This document shows, one piece after another, positions 13,790 through 29,082 of a stretch of DNA of 64,000 nt. The notes beneath the pieces are model-generated. The model ran no database searches. It saw only the letters and a program-made list of their open reading frames with translations, and was not told the origin of the DNA. The translations under genes were made by a program, and so were the position numbers. Within the stretch, counting starts at the first letter, position 1, and every line of letters starts with the position of its first letter. This DNA is from Daphnia carinata. Taxonomy: Eukaryota. The stretch covers positions 3,596,001 to 3,660,000 of the forward strand of contig NC_081331.1 of assembly GCF_022539665.2 (NCBI RefSeq), given 5' to 3'.

Positions 13790-15268
13790 CGAATTCATTC
13801 AAAAATTACTCTTCGAAAGAGGCGCTTGAAAATCATTGAGTTGGCACCGACTAACAGTCCATCCAACAATGAACGAACTGCTTTTCAAGTTTTCCCTTGA
13901 ACGTTCTCTTCGTTTTCTGATGAACTCCTGGAATGCTAGAAGACTCTTGACGCAGCGTTGGATATTTTAAAAAAAAAAATCGTGAATTCCACTAGCCATT
14001 GTGTCAACTTGGTGTATACACCATGTTCATCTCCGTTTTCCGTTTGTATAAGACGGCCAAGGCCAGCAAATACTAGGCTGTTTCCTATTATATGATAGCT
14101 TTTGTTGAGCTGTTGAAACTTAGCTGCGGCTATTCCCTCCTTCGTCAACATAATTGGCATTTTCAAGCTTTACTGGCTGACGTGTTCATGGAAGCGGCTG
14201 GGCCTGGACAATGACAAAGGATTTGCTAGTCCGTGACTTGTTGCCTTCCCGTTTCGCTTGGCGGAGGCTCTTTGCTGTTGTTGTATTTTTCTGCCTTCTT
14301 CGGTAACGTCCTCTCGCTTTGATTGTTTCCATCATTCGAGGCATTGAAACAATATGATATCCGACAGTCTGTTTGTATTCAAACATTTTGAGAACGAAGC
14401 AAGCCTCTTCGAGATTACACACCATTTCTTAACCACCCAATCTTCAACAAAGTTTTGATTTAAGGGTTTCGTTGTGATCCTTTGTGAATTAAATTCTTCG
14501 TCATTTTTCCGCTGTTGCACCTCTCTTGGTCTCTTTGTCCTGCCGTCTCTTCGTTCAACCTTCGCCACGACCGGAACAATGAATTGAAAAAGGGGGATAG
14601 AAATCTGATCATAGTCTTCGCTTAGAAAAATATTTTTTCTTACTCGGTGTTGCGTTCATTGGAATCGGCTCGAAAATTACCATCGACGTACACTTATACT
14701 GCATACATACGCCCATGGAAGATTAGATCTGAACGACTCTTTTGGATTTCCACGAATCGTTCGATTGAAATTTCAAACAAAATAGTCCTGTCGCCTTTTT
14801 TTTTTCGGGTGGTAGAAGGACGAATGGACCGACAAGAGTTAAGAGACCGCAGATGGAGAACGGCAGCAGCAAGGCAACGAGAAAGAGAGAAAGATAGAAT
14901 AATAGACCAACCAAAGAGAAGTAGAGAAGCCGGAGGGAAGGCGATTGCTGGAATTGTTTGTTATTCCGCCAGCGTCTCTCGTCTATTATAATGGACATCG
15001 TCAATGCGTTTCTATTTCTATTACATTACGCTACGTCTTTATATATATATATATATATTTTAAATAAAAGAAGGATTGGCTTAGCTGTTGTTTGTGTGTG
15101 TGTGTTCCACTTTGATTGTGTTTCGCTTTGATATGGATGTTGCTGCTTTTGTTGCCGCCTCTTGTCTCTCCCTTTTTAAATGTCTTACTTATTACGAGGT
15201 GGAATTCTTGCCAAAGGCTCTTTAGCTCTCAACTTGCCATTCTTCGCACAACGTTAACTATATCCCTT

Positions 15269-15294
15269 TCTCTCTCTCTCTCTCTCTCTCTCTC
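15269..15294. repeat. (TC)n microsatellite
   Basis: Perfect TC dinucleotide run; a (TA)n run lies nearby at 15040-15058. Confidence 0.9.
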
Positions 15295-18200
15295 ACTGCG
15301 TTGTCTTTATTCATTGATGGAGTTGTCGTCTTGTTCGCACACCAACGTGCATACAGATTACCTGGACCCAAGTGAATGCCGAAGGACTTTGATAATAACG
15401 TGCTTCTCCTTCCACTAATGGGCTGTCGGTCATGTGTACAACGGCCAAGAGTTCGTGCGTAAGGACGGATAGCTCCGAGAAACGGAACCCGATATCATTT
15501 TTATTTCTACATATTTTTAAAATTGTGCCATCTTTAAACGTTTTTATCTGTTTTAGTTTTTTTCTTTTTTTAGTTTTCTATTTGTTTTTGTGGGTTATAC
15601 AACGTCTTCGTCGTTCGTCTGCCGGTTGTGGTTCGTTCCATCCATCTCGCAGCGCGAGCTCCGTCTTCCGTTTTTTTTTTCCTACTTCCACGGATGGATA
15701 CAGACGCGTATAATATTCAGTTTTTTTTTTCGGGGTTCCTCAGTCAATCGCTGTTTTACCATCAACAGCTCTCTCTTTTTCTATTGTTTCGCTTATCGAT
15801 ATATCTATTTTCTGTTGCCTTTCTTTTCTCTGTCTTGTGCCCGTAGTTTGCCTATCGATTATTCTTTTAGCTCTCACTCAGTCATCTCCCGAAAGAGATT
15901 TCTATTGCTTACTACTGGCTTATGCAGCGGCTCCACCCATGTGCGTTGATCTCCCGACACAGGTGAGCCCAGCTAGTTAAATCTACACATACAGTACGTC
16001 TAAACATCCCGTCCCACAATAGCTAGAAAAGAGCGTTCACCCGGGGAATATTTTGATTTATGTCTGATATTACAGGCGGCCTGCCCTCCCCATTATAGAA
16101 AGAAAAAAAAAAAAAAAAAGAGTTCCAACAGTTTTTACTGTATAGCATAGATTGTTCGAGCGTTCCAAGGCACTCCAGCAAAGAATACAAAAAAAAAAAA
16201 CAAAAAAAAACGACCAAACGAAAAAGGCAGCCTGCGTTCAGCAATAACCACGAGCGGGATAGCGCTGCGCGCGGATCTGGTTACATAAATGGTCAATTTC
16301 GATTTGCATAAACAACTAGCTGTCAGAAGTCTCGAGCCGGGAATAAATGTTTTATTGCATTATATTCTCTTTTCTCCATGTCTTTTTAGCCAGAGCGCTT
16401 CTAGCTGTAGCCAAAAGGCAGCCGGCCCCTGATGCTGGCCGCCTTTGAATAGGCGCGCGCCCTAACCTTTGCCTTGCGTGCAGCCCTTTCTTTTCTTTCT
16501 TTGAAGCGCGAGTTTTGGACAGGTCGGCTATATAGATACATTTGGAAAACTATAAAAACAACAACATCAACAACGACAGCGACGAGATTCGACGATGCAT
16601 CAGACAAGAGGAGGAGAGAGACGGTCCGGCATAGTTTGTAGCTGCCAGCGAAATTCGTTTGGATCATACAGCAGCTTCGTTCTTATATAAGCAACAACAA
16701 CAACAACAACAAAAAAAACAAATGTAAAATTCAAAAAGGAAAGGAAATGTTTTTTTGGGTTGGACGGACACACACACAGATGGCGTAAAAACATGACAAC
16801 AAAATGAGATGCGGACAAAGTTTAATGTCGTCGCCATCCGCTAAAGAATTATTGTTATTTCCTTTCTTCGTGTTGATGGTCTACCTGCGTGCGTTTGGCA
16901 TGCAGAATTTTGAAAAGAAGGGAAGAAAAACACCTTCCGGCTGATTGGTCATTGAATGTGTACAAAATACACACACAGAGAAGAAGAAGAAGGAAAGCGG
17001 GAAGAGGAGGAGGTCACCTGTCACAATGACGGATGAACGTTTTTATGCGTGCCATCTTCGCCTCCAACCTTCTACTATTAAAAAAAAAAGTTGGGAAAAG
17101 AATAATAACGAACAGCTAAATCCACGGGAAATATCTAACGCCATTTTTTGAGGGTGTGCGTCACTCCTTTTGGCTAGCGCTTTTCTTGATTTCATCAAAT
17201 ACAGTCTAATCGGAAGCCCATTTTTCGTTTTACTTGGAAGACACGCAACTTGAACGCAATTAAAAAACTCGGTTCTTTTACGCAGCGTTTCTCATGCCAT
17301 CCGCACCGTATTGTTTCATTTGTCTGTTTAGTTATTTTCCTTATCGGCGAGAAACAAACAAACAAAATGACAACGTTCTAGGATAATACAAAAACAAAGC
17401 GAGAAGGAGGAAAAGAACTATACAGAAATTACGACACAATTTCTGTGGACCTTGTCCGTGCGCCTTCAGTCGCGAACAGCAGTGGGTCTTTTTTCTCATT
17501 TCAAGCGGGTAGAAACGTGAACATACACTCACAAGAACCAACGGCACAATGATAATAAAAAAATATAAAATAAAAGATAATAAAACGAACGGAGAAGTAA
17601 ACCAGAAAAGAACAAAAAAAACAAAAACGATAATAGTTAAACTTTTCTCAGCCGGAACGTGTCAACAGTTCCCATAGCGTCCAACCTTTTTCTTTTGAAA
17701 CAACTTTAATATATTAAATTCTACCCTGGAGCCATCAATGCATTTCAATTCTTTCGCTTCCTCTTCTTATAAATGTTTTCGTGTCGTTCTCACCTTCCTT
17801 TTCTATCCTTAGCTCTTCCGCGATTGGCCAATCTCCAGCAACCACCAAGCTGGGCCGTTTCGCATTGTATAGTCAATATTTGGCCAGCAATTCACACCCG
17901 GGTTTCTCAAGCAGGACAGGCAACATCTATGATGATTAAGGAGACTCCTTCAATTCAAAGAAGGAATAGAAAAAAAAGAAGGGCCAAATAGAATCATCAC
18001 CTACATCGAGCAACAACAAAACGACAGAAGCGTAGCACAGAAGGGGGGGGGGGACTTGTTTACCTTTTTGACGGTGGATCTCTCCATCATTTCCAGCAAC
18101 TGCTGCTACTGCCTCATGCTCAATCTTTTCATTGAAAATATGCGCGTATGAGAGGGGCACCTACAATTCAATTCCCCCCTCTTGTATTTTCAGTTGGCGC

Positions 18201-21200
18201 ATTTTTGGAAACATCCGTCCTGCGTCCAAAAGAAATGCATATCATGCGCTTCGACTTGTCAAACGATGAGCGAGTGAGGATTCTTTCTCAGGTGTACAAC
18301 AGTTGCTCCGTATTGGTGGGAAAAAAAGAAAAAAACAGTTCATCATCGTCGGACAGCATTTTTGGTGGGATTTGACCCCATGATATTCCATAGGCCTAAA
18401 CACGGTGCGTAGTGGGCTGCTAATATGCTGGACGAATAGTATGGAAATTTCATTTTTGGCCAGTTAATTGGCGGGCGGTTCAACCATTTTTGTTTTTCCA
18501 GTTTGGCCGTTGTCCTTTTTTTTTTCTCTTAGTGTCTTGTTTCTCTGGGTGTGCATCATAGCAAAGAAGGTAAGAAAAATGTTTTAGAACAATTATTCTG
18601 GGCGGCCCACAGTCTGTCATTTGGCCACGTGAAATGTGCCGGCCTCAACGCCTCCGGGATTCCTTCTCTCTTTCTTGGCTTATTGCTGTGCTTTTCATTT
18701 GAATTTTTTTCCACTGCAAGCAAAACACCAGACACCAAGACAGTAAACGAAAAATTGTTGAAAGAAATTTGGGCGAGACGTTGCTGCATCCGTAGCATTT
18801 CATAATAGTCTTACCGTCCACTTTTCCCGAGCGTTTAGCATCTCGTTGTTGAGTTGCCTGTATTCTTTTTTTCAATTTTTTTTTTTTTTTTGGGGGGGGG
18901 GGGGGGGGGTACGTGCAGCCGCTACTAGAAGAGAACAAATCAGAGACGGACGCCTCTAGTTCATGTACACAAGCCCCGTCTTTATTTATTTTTTTGGGGA
19001 ATTATCACTCTTAAAATTCTCTCTCATTAACGTGTCTCTCATCTTTCACTTTTCTCCAGCTATTTTGGCTTCCACTTTATATACACCCCACAGTCGTCGG
19101 CCATTTACATACATATTTGCTGCCTTATGAATGATCCTACCATTTTCTTTCTTGAATAATGCAGACTTTTGACAGCAGAGAAAAAAGGTTGTGAAAATTG
19201 CCAGTGCTTTTTTTTCTCTCTCTCTCTCTCTCTTTCTCTCCCAGTCCCTCCGCGTATGTATATTTGCTGATGATAGTCGTGGCTAATTACTGTGTCCGTC
19301 TCCTCCTTAAAAAATTTTTTGTTTCTCTTTCTCGCTTTTTGCTGTTAATTGTTTTTTTTTTGTCTCTGCCTCTGGTTTTTTTTTTTTCTTTTTGAGAAAA
19401 GGATTAGAAAGACACGGAAACAACAGTTAGAAAAATCGCCAAACCACTAATAAAGAAGTTTTTTTTCTGTGTGTGTTGTGTTTTGCGTGAAAGGTGGCAC
19501 TGGATCGATTCCGGAGGCGGAAGAAGCGAAAAGGAAAAAAAAAAAAATAATAATAATTTCTCTGGTTCATTAAGAATTTTCCGATGAAATATTTCGATAT
19601 TTCCGATTGACTGACTGTGCACACCTTTAACGCATTTATGTCTTTCACACAACACAACGTAAGAGGCGAGAATCGTCTTTCCCCTTGTCCCCGCTACTAT
19701 TTCACCCAATTAGTTCTGTCTGCCTTATTTTTATTCGTTTCCCGCAAACGCTTGCCGACGCCGCTCTTGGCTCACATTGAACAAATAAAATATATGCGTC
19801 ATCCCCTGTACGCTCTTTTTTTCTTTTTCTTTGTGAGTTCCAATCGCTAATTATCAAAGTGTTTTAAAGCGAAACCTCCGTTTTTTTTTTTTTTTATTTC
19901 CTCACTTTCTGGTTTGCAGCAGCGTCCGTTCGTGAGCGACGCCGCGCATCGTGAAGGTGAGATAAAGACCGTTGGGAAACGCTTGCACTTGCACTCGGCG
20001 TGGAAAAAAAATGAATTTAGTCGGTAAGATACTTGCTTTTCCCTTTTTTTTTTTTTTCTTTGTCTTTTTTTTTTCTTCCCCGACCGCAAACGACGGAGAT
20101 TAAGGACGCGCACAAATTAACCGCGTTGAGTACATTGGAAAAGAACATAACCCATTGTATGTGCGCATAGTTGATGATCTCAAGTATGAACGTTATCTCT
20201 TTCTTTGAAGCGAATTTCCGGAGCCATTTTTTTTTTATAGCCAAGTCTTTGATCGCGGTTCATTTGCTCCTTCTTTTTTTTTCGGGTTTTTTTTTTTCTT
20301 TCGTTGTGTTCCCTTTTTTTTTTTTTCTCAATCGGCTTAAACTTTACTGTATAGGAGCTCCGTTTAATACCTTCTTGTGGGAGGGGATTTTGCTGTTGAC
20401 GCGATTCTCTTTTTCCTTGTACGTCTCTGTCGTCTTCATTCTCTTCGCCATTCGATTTGCTTCTCTTCGGTGTGCTCAAACGCATTGTCACACCAATTTC
20501 ATTCATTTCGACCTCCCCCCCCCCTCAGTTTTTCTTCTGCACGGCTGCTAATGGCCGTTTGACATTCTTCCTTTTTTTTTTCCCCTTTGCTTTTCTTCCA
20601 CGCTGCTTATTTTTTTTTTCTTTCTTTCCAAACTACAATGTACCGTACGATTTAATCATCTGTTGAAAGTTTTCCGTCCGCAGTTGTCGATGTTTCCAGG
20701 TTTTTCTGATGCCTGCCCGATTCTCCTTGCAACTCTGCCTTTCGTTCCGCACTTTTTGTGCTCCGCAAATCCATTCGAGTGCAGCCGACAAAAGATAACT
20801 GTATCAATTATCCCCCATTTTTCTTTCTTTGCTTGATGGACATTTTCTCTTTTGTACTCGAAGAGCGTGTAACATACAACACAAGCGGATTATGATTTCC
20901 TCCATTCAAGGTGTGCACAAAAAGGGGTAATCATAACGGACTTGTTTGTGTTTCTAATACTTTAATCCTGTCGGAATCATCCAGATTGGAGGAAAAACAA
21001 ACAACTTGTTATTGACCAGCTTGAGAAAATGTCTTAGAAATGCATACGTTTTCTTTTAAATAAAGAATGGGCCTACCGTTTAGTGTTGCTTGATTAAAGG
21101 TTATGACACTTCCTGATTCGTTCCACAATTGTAGACCCTATGAACGGGCTTATGTAACAGGAACTTGGACCGTACTTCTGAGGTAACGTGTTACGTCAGC

Positions 21201-23482
21201 AAACCCATAAAAAAAGAAAAGAAAGCCAGTTAGATGTGTACGGTATATTTGTCACTGGCAACTGAACAGTCGCTAGGAAATGTAACTGTTTCCTGATCGG
21301 AAGTAATTTTCAATGACCAGTTTCTCTGAGCTAGACGATCGTAAAATAAACATATTGAACACCGTTGCTATAGTCGCGAAAAGAGGAAACGCTTCGATTG
21401 TTCGGAGGCATTCAAGAAAAATGGGCATCCCTTTTTTGTCCTTTACATCGTTATGATGGCCTTTTCCTTCCTTGGTTCATCATCGCCATTCGACCCACTT
21501 TTGCTCACCTTATTCAAAGTAGTTTTAGCGCAACTTTGAATCTGAATAACTCGTAAACTATAAATCTCACAATGGGACGATGGACTAATTACGAGGAGCT
21601 AGATTGTCACACACAGAAAATGTTCCAAATGGCTTTACCTGGCCACTATCGACCCAAGTTCTCATTGCCTTTTCTCGTTTCTCCGTGTGTGTCGCTTTTT
21701 TATCTTGACACTATGATGTTTGCGCCTTTGAAGGGCTTCGCTTTAAAGAATGCCATCGGAATAAAAGCAATACGGATATCCCTACACACACACACACACA
21801 CACAAAAAAAAAGAAAAATCTTTTCCTTTGCCATTCATCGATGCGACGCAAAATGTTAACCCCCTGGCCTCAGATGGTTTTTTTTTTCTGCTTCTTTTCA
21901 GGATGTTGTCCAGTCGAACAAAAGTGAATTCATTTGTCGGGAACAAATACGACGCTGTGAGGGCAAGAATAAACCTTATGGTTTGAGTTTATATGTACAC
22001 AAAAAAAAAAAAAGATGGAACACTGGAATGGCTCCGACTCTTTGATGACCCTTAAGAAGAAAATGCACTCCCCTTCCAAAAAAAAAAAAAAATAGGAGGA
22101 TTGAAAAATAGAGAAAAGGTACAGCAGCAAAAGGAAATGCTTCCTTTTGCGACCCATAGTGTTTCCTTTTTGAATGGTGAATGACTAGCTGACCGGTGTC
22201 GAAGAAGACATTTCTCCACTTTACCTTGCGATGGTATATAGATATTCTCTAATATAGATCCACAGCGGGGCCTTTTTTTTTTGTGTGTGTGTGCTGCTCC
22301 TAGATTGTCTCACTTCCAGAACCCCCCCACGCTCACACCGATCCCTCCCACTCAAAACTTTCTTTTCCATCGGAAACTATAGCGCCCGCTATGCGGATAA
22401 CTCCTCCTCTTCTAACGTTTCTTCTTCCTTTGGTGAGGGGCTGTTGGACAGACTTGATGAATTCGTCAGGAATCTACAGGAGGGCCAGCGACATTAGCCG
22501 CTCGCTACAAATTTTCAATAGAAAGGACTTCTCAACACAAGGTCCCTGTAGGTTTCCTACCGACCTTTGCTGTTGTCCAGCTTTAAAAAGAAAAAAAAAC
22601 GGACCTCATAAGTTTAAATTGTGAAAAGAAAAGGGAAGAAGAAGCCATCAGGATAGGACCACCTTTTCTTTCTTTTTTCGGAAAGAAAATTTTTTTTTTT
22701 TTTCACAGGTTTTGGCCCTTACACCCGGGATCTTTATTTTTAAGGGCCCCAATCGGATTTGATGATGATGCAACAACTCCCACGCACCGGGCCCCACCGA
22801 TAGTATAAATTAACCGCCCTCAAAGTCCGTCTGCCTGATTCTTATGGGGGGGTTGTTGAAATGCTTCTTCGTTTTGAAAATTTTCTTATATTTCTATATC
22901 CTCCTCCCCCCGTTCTTTTTCTACCCTCGTTCGTATAACATTGTAACTTTTGAACTGAATAATCTGACCGCCATTTTCTGAATTCCTGACTTTAATGTCT
23001 TTATCTTTGTTAGCCTCGTTTTTTATACTCCCATCTCGTTTTCTTTGGCTTTTGTTGCCCATTTTCTTTTCTGCCTTTTTTTTGTTTTATCTCCACGTTT
23101 CACGGAAACTAAGAAAACAAAAATAAGGCAGAGAAAATTTTCTTGAGAATTTTTTTTTTTTTTGTTCTTCCATCGGTTTCGTTGCGTTTGGGACATTCCA
23201 TGTCTTCGGCAAACGTGACACACACGCCATTCTTTCATACGAAAACACGATAGAAAAGGCCAGCCGGGCTTGGATATGTCAGAGTGCTAGAGGAATGCTT
23301 TATGATGGAACATTAATTTTCTTGTTGTTGTTATTGTTGTGTTATTCTTGGAAAATGGGAAAAGCAAGTTTCTTTTTACCTTTTCTTAGGGAATTCAACT
23401 TAAATAAAAAGAAAGGGGGGGGGGGGGATCAGAATGACCGGTCACAACAAATGCTCCGAATACGATTTCTACCCGATTCCAT

Positions 23483-23513
<31 letters not shown>

Positions 23514-26500
23514 CTCAACGTCCGATCGTCTTCGAGAGATTAGATACGAATAACTAATTACACCCAAATGTCCGTCATGCATAGGGTCGGGATAAATATA
23601 AACATGTGGGCGATATCATGTAGGTCGAGGTCTTTGATTCATGCACATACACTGAACGAGGTTAGATACATTTAGGCTAAGAAGCAACCAACAGATTCAG
23701 AGATTTCTCGTTTCACCATGGAAAATGAATATTCATTTTGAATTACATTTTCGGCAGAGTGCGCTGTCTATAAGTTCTCGTATTTGGTTTATTGAGACAC
23801 CAAATAAAACTGAACGAGAGGCGAAACTATTGGAACGGGAGTTTTTTGCTTTGTCTGCTGGTTCTTTCGGATCTTTTTTTTTTTTGGATTGGCTCTAGGT
23901 GATGGTTTTATCGGACAGGTGCATCAGCTAACGTCACGGCCGTGAACGGACATTTCTACTCTCCCTTCTCTGACTGTCTGTCTTTCTTTTTAAAACATTG
24001 ATTGTTTCGTTTTGTCTTTTATGTAAAAACCCTTTCCGCTTGGCCGTCCATATCATTAGATTGCCAGGCAACACTCGACAATACGCAGATGCATTTGAAA
24101 AAAAAAAAAAGTTAGAAGCGTGAATAGAATTCCGTACGAACGCGGATAAATAGGTGGCACTCTGCTTGGCTGATATGCTCGAATTTATTTGGTTTCGTTA
24201 AAAACAATTGGCTTGCGTTTCTTTTTTGAAACTCGTCGTCAAAGAAAGGCCACGGCAACGCACGGCTCTTTTCAAATGATTCAGGTTTTCTTTTCTTTTA
24301 TTTCAACTCGAGAAATTCTTCCGACTCGTTTTGTTTGTCCGCTGCTCTTGTTAAATGTGTTTCTCCAAGGGAAATTTTCCTTGTTTGGGATTTCTTCTTC
24401 TTTCAAAACGTCCGTAGCTGGGCGTTCAATTTAGAAAAATAAAATAAAAAAAAGAAGTGGAAAAATAGGAGAAGATAATAGACAGGGGAGATGATGAAGG
24501 CCTTTTTATTTTATTTTATTTTATTTATTTATTTTTTTTTTGCTTGTTGTGTTAGATTCTCTGGCCATCTGCTGTCCCGCCAAGACCGACACCACAGCAC
24601 CGATAATAAGCACGTTGGCAACCTGTAAATCATCAGGTGTGTGTGTGTGTGCTCGCGCCCCCTCTGAGTGTATAGACATGTAACACACACAGAATTTATA
24701 TACACACGTCGAGCACAGAACGAGAAAAAAAAAAAAAATAATAAAGAAAAAGAGAGTTCTTTTCGACCACGGACGGCTACGTCTAACAGCAGTCGGGGAG
24801 AGTGGCTTCATCATTCAAACAACGTTAAAAACTTCTTCTTTTCCATTTATGCATTTTTATGTTGTTCTTTGCTTGGCGAGAAGAATTTTTTCTTTTTTTC
24901 GGGGCTTTTCTTGGTCTTCAACCGGGGCGGTCACGGCCCATGATGATGATGATGATGATGTAGATCGTGAAGAAGAAGAAAAAATAAAAACGGAGGGTCT
25001 CGGCTAAAGGGAGAAGTGAATGGATGAAAGAGAGAAGTTGGGCAAAAACTAACCCAACTTTTTTTTTTTGTTTTTTCTTTTTTGTTTTCATCGTTATAAA
25101 AAGTGGAGATGGACGACGACGTTGCCAAGTCACGAACGACCAATCTCTCTCTCTCCGGGTGTCTAAAAAAAAAAAAAAAAAATCTTTGACGCAACCCACA
25201 CCCAATTGTTCCAATAAGAGACGCATGCGCAATGACTGGAAAATGAAAACCAGCAAATCTCATTGCCAACGAATGAACGTGTTGGCCAGTTTGTGGCGTA
25301 TGGCCAATTTAAAGCCACTCGTTGTCGTCAAATCTACTAGAGAAATTGAAGTAAAAAAAAAAAATAAAAAATGACAGCCATGTGGGAAAGAAGAAAAAAA
25401 AGGTTGTCCTGGAGTGTCGTGGTGGCTTCAGGGTGGTGGCTAGTGTCGGTGAGGGGACACGAAAGAAAAAAACAAAAAAACAAGCCATCCATCTCTCCAT
25501 CCGTCTTCATATCATCCGCTGAGATCTGCAAGTCAGAAGCAGCCACGACAGTGACGGCACGCGTTGATAATCGGGGACGCGGCCTTATTTGCGCCCGCAC
25601 CAATGCACAGGCCAGCGCACTATCGGTTCGATCGGCAGGCGACACCTAGACATTCTAAAATGGCGTTAGGTCATTGCGGCTGCATGCCAAAATATTACTG
25701 GCCAACCAAAAAAAAAAAATAAAGGAGAAATGGAGGACGGACTGGATGGGATCGATGGGCCCAGCAACAAGCTCCAACGTCCCGCTGTTTGGGCCGCGCC
25801 TGACAAGCGAGCGGTGACTAATTGGAGGCCAACACATAAATGGCAATCGTCTTGACAGCCGTGTGAATATGGCCGGTGAAACAGAGAAAAGATGTTTCTT
25901 TTTCTTTTTCTTTTTTTTCTCCTGGGTACTGCATTTTACAACGAGCGTGATCTCCCCACCATCGGATTCTTTGATTTATTGACCCATTTTCTTTCTCCTT
26001 TTTTTTTTCTCGCCTCTTTTGCTACGCTTCCCTCGCATTTGAATCGCCCACTTTTTCAATTACATTTGGGCGGAACCCGCCAACGACCGAGGAAAAGGAG
26101 ACACACTGAACAAACAAGATCCATTTCTTTTTAACAAACAAAACATATTTGCATATGTAATAAGAAAGAAACATTTATTTTTCTTTTACCTGATCTTCTC
26201 GTTTTCAGTATGATACAAAAAAAAAAAAAAAAAAAAACAACTATAATCTATGAAACAACTTTTGATTGTAAACAAGGTCGACATCAGTCGCATTTTTTAA
26301 TCAGACGGGCATGCCATCGTGCGCGATCATTAGTGACGGCCGGCATTGTCTGTCTTGTGCATCAACAGTTAGGGACGATTCCAAAATGAAACAAGATGTC
26401 AAAGACAATCACGTGGCTCTGTAGTTTAAAAACTAGTCAACCGTGTCCTCGAACGCTTGCTATGTCTCCTTTCATTTCATTTTTTTTTTTTCTTGCTACT

Positions 26501-29082
26501 AGAGAAATTTGACCAAGCGAAAAGGTGGGAGGTTAGGCATAATATAGAAGCACACGAGCGCACAAAAGTGTCCTGCGTGGAAGAAGAAAGTTGCAGGCAC
26601 AGAACGGAAAATAGAAATGTAAAGGGGGTTGGGTCCAAAAAAAAAAAAAAACGAGGGGGTGTATAGGTAAAAAAAAAAAAAAAAAACGAAGAAGGGGAGA
26701 GAAAACGAACCGATGGAGTAATTTCGAAAAAAAAAAAAAAAAAAAAAAATCTATACAAGTCTAGAATCATGGTGCCGAAATTCCAGAGCCAGCACGACAC
26801 CTGAAGTCTTCTTCTCTTTCCTTTTTTTTTTTTTTTTTTTATGGTGGCAACCAAAAGCAACCAGCGAAAAGAGATACGAAGAGAAGAAAGAGATATTTTG
26901 TTTGAGTTTTGAGCCCTGTTGCGACGACCAAGGGAACGCTATGCGGTCCTCCATCTTTTTTCTTTTCCCCCTTTTTTTTAAAACTTTATCCTCTTCAATT
27001 TCCACCTGCATCTCTTTTTTCACTCACCTAAAAATAAAGAAAAAAAAAATCCAAGGTCGGAAATATGTTGCCTGTAGTCTTCATTTGTACGTAGAGTTTT
27101 TTTTTTTTTAAGCGTGCATTGATTCTTTGTTGACTACGTTAACGATTCCTACTCAGAATTTCACGACTAGCTGAGCGTTACAGGTACAGAAGGAACGGTA
27201 AAAAAAAAAAAGGATTCAACTCGTAGAGTTTGATATTTATTTACACAGCTTCGACATCAGAGGTATTGGCTCCAGCCGGACGCCGGAGCCAACGGGGGGA
27301 GGAGATGGCACCAAACATCCGGCCAATCCTTTCTGTCGATGAAATCCTATAGCAGCGGTGATACAGAGGCCGATTCAAACAACAACAACAAGACGCAGTT
27401 GGGGGAAATTCTTGACGTCATTTCGATTGGACAATGCCGTTCATTTTCTCCGAAATATCTAGACAGTTTCTCTCTCTTCTTGCGCTCAAGTTGTCTACTA
27501 GTTAAACCCACATCATCTTTCATCATCCAAAGATGTGTCTAAATATATATACACATACTGCGTAGACACAAGAATCGATGCGTGATGATGCTGGGAATCC
27601 TGGAGGGAAAAAAACAAACAAAACAATGCCTTCAAGACACGGCAACAACAATGACAAGACGAACTATTCATAGTACATCGTTGATGCCATACCCACTGAT
27701 ATGACGTAATGTACTACATAGAAAAACCTATCGGTTCGCAGCGGCGTTTTATTTAAAAAAAAAAAAAAAAAAAAAAAGAGCTTCCTTCATACGGATCGAT
27801 CTGTCTTTTGATCCTCTTTTTGTTGGGAATCTGTTTGTTACTTTTTTTTTCTATTGATCTACTCCTGGAAAAAGAAAGAAAAAAAAGCCGATGCGTTCAA
27901 CTTGTTTCATCGTGGCTTGTTTCCTTCTTACTATTCACTTCATCGGAATCGATTCAAAATGCCAATGGAGATGGAAAACCTATTCATTATACATTTGAAC
28001 GTCTTTGTTATTAATCCAAAAGACTGCGTGGCTATGGCTTTATTCGATGCGTACACTAGTAGTAAAAATACAGGTCCTCTATTTATTCATCCGCGATCAT
28101 CTTCTGAGAGTGTGGCAGGGTCATCGGACAGCCGCCAACGCACGAAGGATTTCGTTTCCACATTTTCCCACACGGCTGTTCGAGTGTACAGAAGAAAATA
28201 CTTATTTCCAAGGATCTACACAGCCAAGTGATAATCCGCTTCTTTACTTTAGCTTTACAACTGTAGACTATTGTCATCGTAATAAATAAAACATGTTCGG
28301 CATATAAACCTGCTGTGGGACACAATTCGAGAAGAATGTGGAATAATCACTCGAAATGCCGGCCTTTTTTTTTTTTTAAATGTGGGATGGACTGTTCGTG
28401 TAAGCCGAATTGTCACTTTTTACGGTGAAAGAAAGAGGATTGACATCTAATTCCAAGAAAAAAGGACATTTCTTTCGTTCTTCTTAATTTCTTTTCAATT
28501 TCTCGAATTCGACTGAACGTTCTTGGTGCTGTTTGTCGATGTTGGCTGTCAATGACCGTGAGATTATGTTGTACATTTCTTATAGACATCTCTCTATTCC
28601 TCCGCCTCAAAATGCGCTCTGGCCGTGTACACCGATGCAACTTTAGATCGTAAATAAAAAACGAAAATGTTTTCTGGAGTTTCACGCGAGAACCAATCGT
28701 AGCCGGTAAAAGAGGCGCAGTGGCCGTATAGTGCAACGTAACGCAACTATGATTTCGGATGGTTCCCGGGCCCCCCTCCCTTAGTCCTCGTTCAGCCTCT
28801 TTTGGTTTCCAAGTGGATTGGCCCACTCACAGCGAAAAAAAAAAAAAAAAAAAAAAAAAAGATAAGTTATTAATAAATTAGAGAAATAACTGCCTATCCG
28901 CTTGTCGAAGAGGGGTCTGGAACTCCGAGGAGAGAAGAAAAAAAAAAAGGAAAAAAAAAATGAAGAGATATCAACATATCATGAATAATGAATGAACAGA
29001 ATTTCGGATGGGAGAGTTGCGCTAAGGGAACACACAGCGCACACATGTAGACAACACACACAAGAAGAAAAAATGTTATATA

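Noticed and set aside
21159..21180. Resemblance to miR-276 (CAGGAACTTGGACCGTACTTCT)
   Set aside because: Only the seed-proximal part matches and no complementary star arm or hairpin is nearby. Partial matches to miR-34 (about 45758) and miR-184 (about 62830) fail for the same reason.
28713..28780. Box A-like GGCGCAGTGG suggesting another tRNA
   Set aside because: No proper box B (GGTTCRANNC) and no cloverleaf.
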